The notes: generated by a model not told the origin, from the letters alone. A DNA stretch of 64,000 nt from an uncultured Verrucomicrobiae bacterium (GCA_963706955.1 CAVPOC010000008.1:1044293-1108292), one strand, 5' to 3'. Counted from the first letter of the stretch, positions 12,499 through 23,774 are shown. Numbers and translations: made by a program.

Positions 12499-12627
12499 AT
12501 TTAAGGAAAGGCGTTCACCCAGTTTCACAAGGCTTTATCCTCAACGACTTGCAAAAAGTTGAAAACCCCGTAAAACGTGGTAAAACTTAACGTGTGTTAT
12601 AAGTGGGGTTATACAACCAACTCGCCA

Positions 12628-13750
12628 ATGGCTTCGGTAGTTAAACAAAACAGCAAATACTGGGTTGCGGCATTCCGCGACGCAAGCGGAAAGCAGCATC
12701 GGCGCACGACGCGAGAGACAAGCAAGAAGAGGGCGCAAGCGGTCGCGGAGCAATTTGAGCGCGTGGCGAAACGACAAGTGAGCGCCGCGAAGACAAGGAA
12801 GACGTTCGCCGAGTTCTACCGCGCCCACTATGGCGAAGACTTGCCACATGCCACCGTGCGCTCCTTCGCCACTCAGTGGCTGGCTTCCCGCAAGATGGAA
12901 ACGTCCGTGGTTTCGCATAGGATTTACGCGAACGCGTTGGGGAGGTTCCTCGCGTTTCCTCGGCGAGCACGCGGACGAAGGCCTCGATGAGATCACCCGC
13001 TCACAAATCGCAAGCTTTCGCGACGCCCAACTCGCCACGAGCGCAAGCGCCACGGTCAAATTGGAATTGCGGGTCGTCAAGATGATGTTTCGCTCGGCGA
13101 GGCGCGACGGGTTCCTCCTCGATGACCCCTCCGAAAGCGTCAAGCCCGCCAAATTGGTGGCGACGTTTGAGCGGCGTCCATTCACCATCGACGAGGTGCG
13201 ACGCATCATTGGTGTCGCTAATGATGAGTGGCGCTCCCTCATCCTATTCGGTCTCTACACGGGGCAGCGCCTTGGCGACCTCGTGGCGTTGACGTGGAGC
13301 CAAGTTGACCTCGAACGCGACGAGGTCCGGCTCACCACGCGCAAGACAAACAAGCCGCTCATCGTGCCCATCGCCGCTCCACTGAAAGAGCATTTGCTCG
13401 CGATTGCCAAAGACGATCCACGCGCCCCCGTGCACCCCCGAGCGCAACGCATCGCCACCGCCTCTCATGGGGTCATCGCGCAACTCTCGAAGGAGTTCGG
13501 AGAGATTCTCATTGCCGCGGGCCTTCGCAATCCAGCGTTGATGAGCACGCGCAAAGGAAAGCGCCAAGGGCAGGAGTTGAGCTTCCATTCATTGCGCCAC
13601 ACGAGCGTATCACTCATGAAGGATGCGGGCGTGCCAGACGCCGTGGTCATGGCGCTCGTTGGCCACAACACCGCTGCAATGTCGCGGCACTACACGCACG
13701 TTGGCAAGGAAGCGCTGGCGAAGGCTGCGCGAGCGTTGCCCGAGATCTAA
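12628..13750 (+). CDS. Tyrosine recombinase/integrase, indel near 12960
   Basis: YTGQRLGD, SFHSLRHT, LVGH and HYTH catalytic residues; N-terminal arm-binding domain. Confidence 0.92.
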
Positions 13751-14262
13751 AAACCCAACCGATCCCCTCGAATCCGCAAATATTCGTCCCACTCGGCTCG
13801 CACCCTCCCCTTGAAGTCACTCATTTGGAGGATGGCACGCTCGTTTCGGAAGACATGGCGAATGACGCCTTCCCAAGTTGAGGGGTTGTCAGCCTCCCCG
13901 ACCAAAAAATGATCGATTCGGGCGTCAATCTTGTTGTCAAGGGCTTGTGAGCCAATCATCACCCGATTCTCGCGGATCATGATCTCGTGGATGGCGAACT
14001 TGCCGTAGGCCACGATGACGACGCCCTTCTCAATGCGCTCGCCCTCAAAGACGGGGACGATCGCCGCGAGCACTCCACACGCTCGGAGGCCGTAGAAAAA
14101 CGGCTCGCTCTCGGTGTTCCATTCGTCGGGAGCGCGGTCGATGAGTTGGATCTCGTCGGAGATGTCGAACAACATTCCCAAGCGTAGCATCAGCTTCCAA
14201 CCCTTGCAAAAACGCAAGCGCCAATTTATTATTCCGTAATGGCCGTAACAATTCGGCTTCAA
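13747..14262 (-). CDS. Hypothetical protein (start may be near 14190)
   Basis: Open frame convergent with the integrase; no recognised motif. Confidence 0.45.
   Translation of the reverse strand: MKPNCYGHYGIINWRLRFCKGWKLMLRLGMLFDISDEIQLIDRAPDEWNTESEPFFYGLRACGVLAAIVPVFEGERIEKGVVIVAYGKFAIHEIMIRENRVMIGSQALDNKIDARIDHFLVGEADNPSTWEGVIRHVFRNERAILQMSDFKGRVRAEWDEYLRIRGDRLGF
14204..14232 (+). promoter_or_regulatory. Sigma70-like promoter upstream of the capsid gene
   Basis: TTGCAA-N17-TATTAT, followed by SD AAAGGAGGA before ATG 14285. Confidence 0.55.
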
Positions 14263-14284
14263 CCTACAAAGGAGGATTCACAAT

Positions 14285-15322
14285 ATGCCTGCAACCACCA
14301 TTCCGGCAGAGCTGCTTTACTCAACCGCGAGCTTGATCGAGAGCTTCAAGGTTGTGCCGCTCGCGCCCCAATTTTTGCGCGATCACTTGTTTCCGCGAGT
14401 CTCGGAGACTGCTAGCGATCAGGTCGCGGTAGACTTCTACAACGGGAGCCAAAAGTTCGCGCCCTATTGCTCTCGCTTCTCCAAGGGCACGGCCATTCCG
14501 AGGGAGCGAACGTTGACAAGCCTTTTCAGCCCGCCCTTCATCAAGCCAATCAGAAACTTGACCGCGGACGAGCTTTACTACAAGACGGCCATCCAAGCTG
14601 CGAACGCCACTGGTGATCGAGACGCGGAGTTGATGTTATTGGATTACCAGGAACTCGACGCCATGATTGGGCGGCGTGAGGAATGGATGGCCAGCCAATG
14701 CCTCTTCACCGGCAAAGTCGTTTGCCTCGATGGAGACACTTCCGAGGTCGTGGCTGAGTTGGTTTATGCACCCCGACCAAGACCGTCCCAGCCAAGCTTT
14801 GGAGCGACCCCACGTCCGATCCTCTTGGTGACATCCGTGGTGCTCTTCGCCTTGTATCAAGCGCGAGCGGAGCGAGCGCGGACATTGTGATCATGGGTAG
14901 GACCGCCGCTGACGCCTTTGAATCCCATGCTGGGGTTCAATCAAGCCTACGACAAGCTCCGCATCTCCCCAGGCCAATTGGCGCCTGCTACCGTGGGATG
15001 GGGAGTTCAAAGCCTTGGAACTTACCGGGGGATTCCCCTCTACGTTTACGAGGCGGAATACCTGAACTCGGCTGGGGCCTTGACCCCATACGTTCCACCC
15101 GACAACGTCTTGATCGCGGCTTCCTCTCTTGGAGGAACGATGGCTTATGCCGGAATCGCTCAAGTGGACGCTGCCGAAAGCGGACTCAAGGTTTACGCGG
15201 CTCGGAGGGTTCCGGTCGTGGCCTACGAGGCCTTGGAAGACTACCGGAAGTTCCGCTTGTCTTCTCGTCCCATTCCCGTGCCTCAAAACTTGGCAGCGTG
15301 GAGCCTGCTCGACGTCCTCTAA
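14285..15322 (+). CDS. Major capsid protein, lambda gpE family (two indels)
   Basis: FLRDHLFP, PPFIKP, IGRREEWMASQCLFTGKV, KLWSDPTSDPLGDI, YEAEY and LSSRPIPVP; joined length ~345 aa. Confidence 0.8.
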
Positions 15323-15350
15323 AATTCAACACTGGAGAAACCTAATAATC

Positions 15351-15859
15351 ATGGCAAATCCCATCACACTTCAATCCTCACCCGGCCTTTCCGAAATCCT
15401 TGGCGCTTACGACACCGGCCATTGGGAAACGGTCACGGCCTCAACTCAAGCCCGCCACCGGGGTCGTGCTTCGGGGAAGCGTGCTCTAGGCCGTAGCGGC
15501 CGATGGTGGCAAGCTTACCTTGACCGTTGGCGTGGCAGGAGGCGAGCGCCTACGGCGTCCTTCTCGATGCGAGCGTTGACACCACCACGGCCTATGGCAA
15601 CGGCACCGTCACGGCAAGCGTGGCTCGCGCTGGATCGTTTAGAGGTGCGGCGCTGATCGTGGGAGCTGGAACCGACGAAGCCGCTTTAGCCAAGCAGCTC
15701 CGGTTGCTCGGCATCTTTATCGAAGGAGCCATCGCTCCGGTGGCTCTGGCCTCGGCCGAAGCCGACGAAGATGAAGCCGAGGCCAAGAAAAAGGCCGATG
15801 CGGCCAAGAAAAAGGCCGACCTCGAGAAGTGGGGTTACAAGGGCCAAAAATCAACGTGA
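15351..15859 (+). CDS. Head decoration protein (lambda gpD-like), frameshifted
   Basis: Follows the capsid gene; GVVLRGSVL, YGVLLDASVD, VARAGSF and KQLRLLGIFIE resemble the gpD family. Confidence 0.6.
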
Positions 15860-15937
15860 ACCTTTAGGGACGAATTGGCCAGGCTCGTCGCTCCTTCTGT
15901 CCGTAGGGGCGGCGGGTTGGCTGCTGTTTTGAAACCA

Positions 15938-16226
15938 ATGAAGCTCTCTGTCAATGTGGTCCACGGTGGGAAATACGTGCGGGCGGGAGACCTATTGCCA
16001 GCGGACTTCGTGCTGCCGCTGCATTTGGAAGCTTTTGTCATCGACGAACCGTCACAGGTCTCGCGGGCCGATCTCCGTTTTTTCTTCTGGAGTTGAGGGA
16101 CATCAGAGGGACATGCGGACGGAGGCTCGGCTCGCGAAACCTGCGATGAATTATCGGGAAGCCGAGGAGGAGTTCACACCCAAATTTGTCAAGATCGCTA
16201 AGAAGAAAGGAAAACAATGCGACTAA
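15938..16226 (+). CDS. Small phage-like hypothetical protein (paralogue A), probable indel
   Basis: MKLSVNVVHGGKYVRAGDLLP. Confidence 0.45.
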
Positions 16227-16481
16227 GCTGCAATCTAATCACCAACCACGGCCCGGGAACGCCAAGCGTGTGGTACAACGCCGGGGCAATCAATCCCCGA
16301 TCACCTCGTCCCCGACCACGCCTTGCAGTACCGGATCTCCGAGAAGGAAGGTGCCAAGCTGTACCGCGAGATCCTGGAGTGGAGGGCGATAGTGGCTGAG
16401 CGTCGGGAGAAGGCCAAGCGCGAGGCGGCAGAGGAGCGAGCAAAGGCGAAGCGCGAGAAGGCGCGTGCCGGTAAGGGTTAG
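16217..16481 (+). CDS. Small phage-like hypothetical protein (paralogue B), probable indel
   Basis: MRLSCNLITNH...WYNAGAI, continuing into a charged helix in another frame. Confidence 0.45.
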
Positions 16482-17054
16482 ATGAAGCAGAACGGGGTTC
16501 GGAATGGCAAGAAGCCAGCAATCCAGTAGCAGCCGAAGAAGCCCTACTCGTTCCCACCGCGCTGGTGGCGAGGCAAAGGACACGAGCTGACCGATCGCGG
16601 TAATGATCGAGATACTGCGGTACCAGAGGCCCCTCGGGTCCAGCGGCCCCTTCAGTAACCGGCGTCGAGACAGCAACTCCAACAAGAAGAGAAGGGGCCC
16701 GCGTAGCGGCTAAAGCTCGTTGGGCCAAAGCAAAGGAGAAGGAGAAGGCAATCCATGGAGATGAATGACGATAACGATCAGGGTCAGGACCAGGAGCCGC
16801 CGCCGGCAAAACGGCGTTGACACCCCGTCGGGGATTCTGCAAACTCCGAAAGAGCTGGTCGAAAGTCCGTTTCCGCTCCGAAACCAAGCTTGGAAGGAGA
16901 CGTTCTGCTCCTGGACCCGAGAACCAAATTCCTATCCCTGACTGCAATCCGCAAGCCCGCTCCAACACTCGTCCACGTGATCCCCGCAGAGGCGACCGTT
17001 CTCCCGCCAGCCCTGGCAGGATCGCCCGGCGTTGGGGGTGCCCGGCAGGTCACC

Positions 17055-17699
17055 ATGCCGCTCGCGTCAGCCACCGAGGTTGCCCTGTCTCGTCTCACTC
17101 GGATCCTGTTACTCGTTGCGGTGGCGCTCTGCCTGGGCGCACCCACCGCCGGCGCCGACGCGGCGAAGAAGCTGGATAACAATCTCGCGGCGCTGTGGAC
17201 GAAGATCCTTGAGACACCGAGCGCCGAGAACCCCTTCGGCACCGGCGGTGCCGAATTTGCGTGCTTCGACCTCGGCGGCACGGTTGCGCCGTTTGGGCCC
17301 TCCCCGCCGGCGTCGAGTCGTGCACGGTAAAGCCCGGCACCAAGATATTCGTCACGGCGTCCTCATTCGAGTGCAGCACGTTCGAGGGGAATGGCGACGA
17401 CATGACGCCGAATTACGGGCGTGTGCCCGCGCAATCGGACGTGCAAGCAGGCGCCCAGCGTCACCGTCGACGATAAGTCCGTGCCGGTGACCGAGGCGGA
17501 GACACCCCTGCTGAACATCACCCTGCCCGCGAACAACATTTTCGGCCTGCCGTCGGGGACGACAGGTCTATCCGTGGGGCACGGCTGGGTCACGCTCTTA
17601 CACCCGCTGACGCCCGGGACGCATACGATCGAAATCGTCGTCACCGGTAAGCTCACCACCATCACGACCACGATCGTCGTCGAGCCCGGTCTTAAGTGA
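17055..17699 (+). CDS. Secreted hypothetical protein, frameshifted
   Basis: Signal-like ILLLVAVALCLG; three frames join into one beta-rich protein ending HPLTPGTHTIEI. Confidence 0.55.
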
Positions 17700-17933
17700 A
17701 TACCATTGTGTCTCAACGTGTTTCGGGATGGACCCGCCCATGAAACCTGTTGTGGCAGTGCAGAACTCCCGTTGGTAGCCTAGCCCGAGCCACGCGTTCC
17801 GCCCCGCGGCTCTACGGTCCTTGGAGGGGCCTATCCCCCAGGCGCGTAGTGCCACAGCATCTTTCGCTGCGATGAATCCTGTTGCCGCTGAGCCCAGGAA
17901 GTGCGCGGCGGCCCAGCCGGTGCGCCTAGCTGC

Positions 17934-18092
17934 CCCGTGGTCGATACGGCAAACAGCCTCCTGCGCGGGCCTGGCAGCGATGGGCACCACAACCGGGTCA
18001 CCCGCTCCGGCGAGGTCAGCGAGCTCATCCAGTTCGGCAACATCGTCCCGACCGGGCTGGAGACCTCGGGCAACACGATCTACATGGCACGC
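17934..18092 (+). pseudogene. Fragment resembling a ScyD/ScyE family protein
   Basis: DGHHNRVTRSGEVSELIQFGNIVPTGLETSGNTIYMA. Confidence 0.4.
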
Positions 18093-18225
18093 GGCACAAG
18101 TCGCGGGTGGAGCGGCTGGGTCGGCTTGCCTCGGGTGAGAAACGGTCAAGCCTTGACTGGCGAGGATGATGACCGGGGAACGGATGGACTTCTCGAAATA
18201 ACGGGGGTAATACGGACCAAAAACA

Positions 18226-18747
18226 ATGAACACAATGAACCGGCATACCACATTCACTATAACGACTATGGCAGTCCTCTGCCTCGGAATTGCCCTTGGT
18301 CCCAGCGACGCACTCGGCCAGCAAAAGACCCTCAAAGAACTAATCGTAGGCACTTGGATATTGGAGTCCGTGTACGACCAAACTGAAGACGGCGTAAAGC
18401 ACACCCCATGGGGTGATGGCGTAAAAGGGCAGGCCATCTATACGAGCGATGGACATTTTTCTTGGATGATAATGTCAGCCAACCGTCCGAAAGCGGACAC
18501 CAGTCCGCGCATCCCAGTTGGACAAGCAATCGCCTACTGGGGCACCTACACGATCAATGAGGAGGCAAAGACAATCACAGACAAATTTGAGCGTTGCACA
18601 TTTCCTCAGTGGGATGGAGGGGGAGGAACGGTAAGTATTGCATTTCCTACGGATGATGAATATCACTTCACCGTTACGAAACCTTTTCCAGATCCATCGC
18701 TGGGGGGGCCTATCGCACCACACCTGATTTTCAAGCGAGCGAAGTAG
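18226..18747 (+). CDS. Lipocalin-like domain secreted protein
   Basis: Signal peptide; LIVGTWIL and IAYWGTYTINE motifs. Confidence 0.8.
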   Translation: MNTMNRHTTFTITTMAVLCLGIALGPSDALGQQKTLKELIVGTWILESVYDQTEDGVKHTPWGDGVKGQAIYTSDGHFSWMIMSANRPKADTSPRIPVGQAIAYWGTYTINEEAKTITDKFERCTFPQWDGGGGTVSIAFPTDDEYHFTVTKPFPDPSLGGPIAPHLIFKRAK

Positions 18748-19143
18748 GAACCGCAGAACAGGAAGGCGGGCTCGCGAAGAGCGGCCTATATCTGAGCGGT
18801 GCCTTCACGGTTGCGCCACAATGGCCGTGGTGGCCTTTTTAAGCACCGAAAGAGGCTAGTGGCTGCGTAGGTAGCGGATTCGGCGAAATCGGAAGAATAT
18901 GAACTGACAACACCGAAGGCATCTATTTGGATACATGTACACATCTCCTCGATACGCGCTAAAAAGTATCAGAGATTCTTTTAGAGCGGGGGCGACGGAA
19001 TCAACGTCTCATCAATCTCGATGCGGGTTAACACGGCATGTCCAGTGAGGTCGAGCGGCCGTGCCTGTCTGCGCAATGGTGCCTGTGAGCCGAACGGACC
19101 TAGAAGGTGTCCGTTGTTGTCGAAGCTCAATCGACCAGTCACT

Positions 19144-19407
19144 ATGATGCTCTCACGCAAGGAAGGGGTATGCGCTTTCTTATGCCACCTCGTCGCCTCC
19201 GGCAAGTTCTACCCGGCCGGGGATGAGATTCCCGAGGGCGTGGCCGTGCCGGGAGGGGCGATGCGATACATGATTTCCGATGGCGGTGGTAATGTTCCCA
19301 ACGAGAACATTTCCACTGTTCCCCAACGGAACAGCGAGCTTGTCCCACAAGCCACGCCTCATCCGCGCATCTCTTCTCGGCGTAGGGGCCCGCCAAAGGG
19401 CGCGTAG
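19144..19407 (+). CDS. Small phage-like hypothetical protein (paralogue C)
   Basis: FLCHLVASGKFYPAGDEIP resembles the ORFs at 15938 and 16217. Confidence 0.4.
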   Translation: MMLSRKEGVCAFLCHLVASGKFYPAGDEIPEGVAVPGGAMRYMISDGGGNVPNENISTVPQRNSELVPQATPHPRISSRRRGPPKGA

Positions 19408-20032
19408 AAGCGGGCTTGATCGTGGGGAGCGCCCCAATGTGCCGCCTTGGTGGTGAACGACCCGTGGCGAGCGGTAAAGAGGGCGTGGAAGGGTGGTCTG
19501 CAACGGTTCCCAATGGGGACGGTAGGTTCTTTGGGAGCGGAAAACTGGAGTGAGGAGCGGCGCGTGGCACAATTTGCAGAGATTACGACCGCAGCACCAT
19601 TTTTTTCAAACCCTCCCGTTGAGGGTATTGAACCTATCCCGTAGGCGTTTTAGGATTGAGGCGCTGATACATAGCCGGGGGTGAGGTGGCGTCCTTTCGC
19701 AATCGGATCTAGTCAGCCCGGTTGCACCTTTCTCCGCTACCTCACCCCTTTTTTTGGCGCATCACAGCTCAATGTAGTAGCCAGTTACCCAGCAATTGCA
19801 CCCCCGCGACGCGATGGCCTTCCTCTTGACCATAGCAAGTTTTTCTTTTCCGCAAATAGGACAGCGGAATCCCCATTGTTTCCATTGTGGCAAGTCGATG
19901 CACTTGAACACCGGAAAGGCCGTGTTGCTTTCCACGTTGTGCATGAACCTGACGGGAGGTTGTTTCGGGAGTTTAATTTTCATTTCGCCTCCTTCGCCGC
20001 TTGCGCTTTGAGTGGGAGCTTCTTCCACATGG

Positions 20033-20824
20033 TCATTTGGTGAAAATCAACTTCGTGCCCGCGATGATGAGCAGGGCTGCCAAAAGCAAGCAGACCGTGC
20101 GAACCGAAAACCGTTGGCTGCCTAAATACGAACCCAGCGTGCCACCAGCCACGGCGGGGGCCGCCAGCAACCAGGCAAACGACGGAATCGGCCGACCGCT
20201 GCTGAAGTAACCAAGCAGCGCGGCGATCGAATTAACGAGAATGAACAGAAGCTGAAACCGCCGCGGCCGGTCGCGTGTGTGCCCACCGACGAAATACCAA
20301 GAGCGGCGTAAGAAAAATCCCGCCGCCAGTGCCCGTGAGACCCGCAAGCAGCCCGATGCCCGCGCCCACTCCCATCGCGGTAGGCAAGGTCGGGGGCGAA
20401 ACCTCTGCCGCGTCGCTCCGATGAAAGAATAGCCGAAAAGCGGAAACCAAAAGCACGAGACCCACCAACGGATTGAAGACGGAAGCAGGCAGATGGAGAT
20501 AGCCGCCGAGATAGGCGGCCGGGACGGGAAAGCAGCGCAAAGGGCCAAAACAGACTCCACGAGAAATGCCCTGCCCGCCAGAACTGAAACGTTCCAATGG
20601 ATGCCACCAGAATGTTGAGAACGAGAGCGGTTCGGCTTGATGAGCGCGGCGGCAAAGCCACAAAGCGTCATGGTGGCGATATAACCTGATGCGCCTGCCT
20701 GACCCACCGACGAATAGAGGAAGGCGACCAAACCGATGGCAACTGAAACTAGAGCAAGCTGCGCGTAGTCCACACGGGGTTCCAATGTGGCCCTAACAAG
20801 TATTCTGTCTTTTGCTATGATCAT
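20033..20824 (-). CDS. TauE/SafE sulfite exporter family, frameshifted
   Basis: YSSVGQAGASGY, GLTGTGGGIFLTP and FILVNSIA. Confidence 0.8.
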   Translation of the reverse strand: MIIAKDRILVRATLEPRVDYAQLALVSVAIGLVAFLYSSVGQAGASGYIATMTLCGFAAALIKPNRSRSQHSGGIHWNVSVLAGRAFLVESVLALCAAFPSRPPISAAISICLLPSSIRWWVSCFWFPLFGYSFIGATRQRFRPRPCLPRWEWARASGCLRVSRALAAGFFLRRSWYFVGGHTRDRPRRFQLLFILVNSIAALLGYFSSGRPIPSFAWLLAAPAVAGGTLGSYLGSQRFSVRTVCLLLAALLIIAGTKLIFTK

Positions 20825-21000
20825 GCCAAATCGGAGTTATTCGCTAGCGATTAGTCGGCCCGCCCGAGACGCGGCCCTCTTCAAAGCTATGGAAGAACTT
20901 TCCCTTGAGGATTGCCGGGTTCGCGCTGTCTGGCTTATTGCGCTTGCGTCGTGGTTCCGCGTCCGCCTCATCGAGGGGACGCCCGTTGGTTTTGTCTTTC

Positions 21001-21225
21001 GTGGTCATGAAATGAGGTCTGAAATGAGGTCGGAAAGCCCGTGAAATGAGAGCCCCCTTTTTGGACGTTCTCATTTCACGGCTTTTCGAGGAAGCTTCTT
21101 GTGTTTATGAGGCTTCGCGGGCATCGCACCCCTTCTCATTTCACGTTTCACGCGTATACACGTGAAACGTGAAACGAAGGGGTTTTTCGTGAAATGAGAT
21201 TTGCAACGAACGTGAAACGAGAAAA
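21001..21225. repeat. Iteron-like cluster, putative replication origin of element 1
   Basis: TGAAATGAG at 21008, 21020, 21042 and 21190; reverse copies at 21070 and 21135; 14-bp perfect inverted repeat 21139-21152/21161-21174. Confidence 0.7.
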
Positions 21226-21464
21226 TGCCCATGGCTTCTTTAGACGACCCTATACCGCCGGCCAGCGATGGTGATTTTCCCCTCGGCTTCGAGTTCTTTC
21301 GCTGCTCTCGAAACGCTCGACCTTGATGTATCGAGTTCGATGGCCAGCTCACCGCAACTCGCCGCACCCCCCAGATCGACAATCAATCTATGGACTTTCG
21401 TCTTGAGCGATTTCGGCCTTGTAGGTGATTTCGATATTGCCGATGATATTGTCGTAGCATCGCC

Positions 21465-22270
21465 CTAAGGCTTAAATGTCCAGATGTAATGTTCGTTGTG
21501 ACTCTGAGGCGAGTTGCGATTCTTATCGAAGCTCTGGAAAAAGCTGCAGCCCTTGTCGGTGTAGTCAGTGTTTTCCTTGAGCTTGAGGATCCAGAAGACG
21601 CTGTCTTCGCGTCGCGACGTGCCGCGCATCTCGCCGTGCGCCCCGCGTGGTGGACGAGAATGACAGCGATTTTTCTCCGGTGAAGGTCGAGCAGCCATGA
21701 AAGCAAAAGCTCCAGAGCGTCGCTTTCGTTTTCCTTCACGCCGCTGACGAGCGTTGAGAGGTTATCGACGACCAAAACCTTTTGACCGGTGTCGATGCAG
21801 AATTGCTTGATTGCCTCCTGCACTTCTGGCAAGCGCAGGTTGAGCACGTGCCCCGTAAGCGCGAAAAGGATCTCGTGGTTTGGTAGAGTCAAATTCTCGC
21901 ACTTGTCACCAAACGATATCTCGCGTTGCTGCATCAGCTCGGCGGGCATCTCGCCATCGAGATAGCAAACGGTGGCGGCTTCCTCCCCGGCCTCCCATGG
22001 ACCCAAGCTTTCGCCACGGGCAAGGGCGTGGGCAATCGCCCATGCGATCCACGTCTTGCCGACACCACGCCGTGAGAAGACGAAGCCGGTATCACCTTCG
22101 CGAAACCAATCGCCGAGCAACCTTTTGCGCGGCTTGATCTTCATCTTGCGGAATGCCGCACCTTTGAGAGCGCCTTTCTTCAACGCTTCAAAGACCTCCT
22201 CTTTGGTAGGCGCTCCGTTGGCTTGATCACTTTCGGGCGTCGCGCCCCTTGCTGAATTACTATTGGGCAT
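21465..22270 (-). CDS. AAA_25/RepA-like ATPase (helicase), frameshifted; 3' end uncertain
   Basis: Walker A SRRGVGKT, YLDGEM, Walker B VVDNLS, VHHAG and MRGTSRRED. Confidence 0.8.
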
Positions 22271-22977
22271 AAAGATTGAATCGGTCGCGGGCGAAATAGA
22301 TGACACGCTGCACCACCCCGTTGTCATGAACGCCCCAGGGCATCCTCGTGAATTGCGAAGCGCACCAAAGCGCGGTGTCGGCCCCGATGGAGGCCGCCTC
22401 ACTCATGAGGTCATGAGGGCGCTTGCGTTGCATACCACCCGTGCGCGGACTCGTTCCCGCTGAACACGATCAAGGCCAAGGGGAACTCGCGAGAGAGATG
22501 AAAGTGGAGCCTCGCCTGATAGTCGAGCTTCGCTGCTCGCGTGAAGCCGTCGAGCCAGTCAAAGGCCCGCAAGTCAAACTCGACCATAATGAAGCGGCGC
22601 TCGAGGACTTGATCTCGCTCTTGAGAGAGCGTCCCCCCAGCCTTCGTGAGCCCCACTTGGACTTGAAGGGGTTGGGACGACAAATTGTCGAGGTGCTCGC
22701 GTGCTTGATCAGACGTCGCGAAGCGCGGTGCCGAATTTCCACACCGCGCTCGCCGAAGCAGACAAACTCGCTTCGGCTTGAACGCCCACCGGAGAATCTC
22801 CTCCTGGCTCTCGCATGGGTCGCTTAATTCTTCCCACGTGCGGAGGGTCACGTCTCGGTAGAGAAGCTGGATTTCACCCATCTTCACCGAGTTGACCGGG
22901 AGAGCGAGGCGCCTCTCGAAACCATGACTCGAAATGCGGCATCGCGTAAACCGTCGCGATCGTGTTCGCAATCTCAC
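22260..22977 (-). CDS. Primase-like protein (RepB-type DNA primase-like), frameshifted; start uncertain
   Basis: RRFIMVEFD, VFSGNESAHGWY and SQFTRMP motifs; adjacent to the AAA ATPase. Confidence 0.6.
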
Positions 22978-23510
22978 GCGGTTGCTCCTGGCGGGTCATC
23001 AACGGGCGTAGGCGATTGACTCAATTTCGCGGGCAGGAACGCCAGCGCGTCTACAGGCTTGTCGGTAGCCCGATACATCCAGAAAGTGAACTCCGCGCCC
23101 GGCGCAGGGCACGGGTGGATGCTTTCGGCTTTCATCCTCTTCCCCGATTGATTATTTTATGACAACGAAGGTTCATGCTCTGGTCGGCGCTCGGGTTGAG
23201 TATTAAAAGAAGGGCTGCTCCTCGCTGGAGAAGGCTCATTCCTTTGTCGGAGAGTTTCATTTGAAGCGCCCGGGCGAAAGCCAATTCACGCGCCAATCGT
23301 GGCGAAGCGAATGTTGCCGCACACTTTCGTCGAAGGGGAACCACATTGGCGTCCGCCAGTAATCGACCGTTCTGGCTGCTCACGGGAACGGGTGCGCGAA
23401 GCCTTTCTTGGCCGTCCACGTTGGTTCGCCTTATGACGGTGAGGATTGACATCGGGAGTTTCAGGCTGGGACGAAGACGCGCTGGCATCTTTACGAAATC
23501 GTATCAATCT

Positions 23511-23774
23511 TCATGCTGCGACTTGCTGTTTGCGGCCTTTGCAGCCGGGGCCAGCTTGAGCGGGCGAGTTGTGGATCGACGAGGCGAGAAGTTTCCTAAC
23601 GGAATCCAACTCGACCAAGCGCTTTCCGTGCTTGGCGGTGGGCTTCATCTTAACGAGCACGGTCTTGATCTTTTTAGAGCGAATCCATTTATAGGCGAAC
23701 GCCTCGCGAATACCATATAGGTGGCGCAAGTCTTTCACGTCAGTCCATTCAGGGAGGGGTGCATTGGGTTTCAT
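23511..23774 (-). CDS. Excisionase/AlpA-like HTH protein
   Basis: PEWTDVKDLRHLYGI...KIKTV...GKRLVELDSV; same family as the ORFs at 56895 and 57086. Confidence 0.7.
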   Translation of the reverse strand: MKPNAPLPEWTDVKDLRHLYGIREAFAYKWIRSKKIKTVLVKMKPTAKHGKRLVELDSVRKLLASSIHNSPAQAGPGCKGRKQQVAA

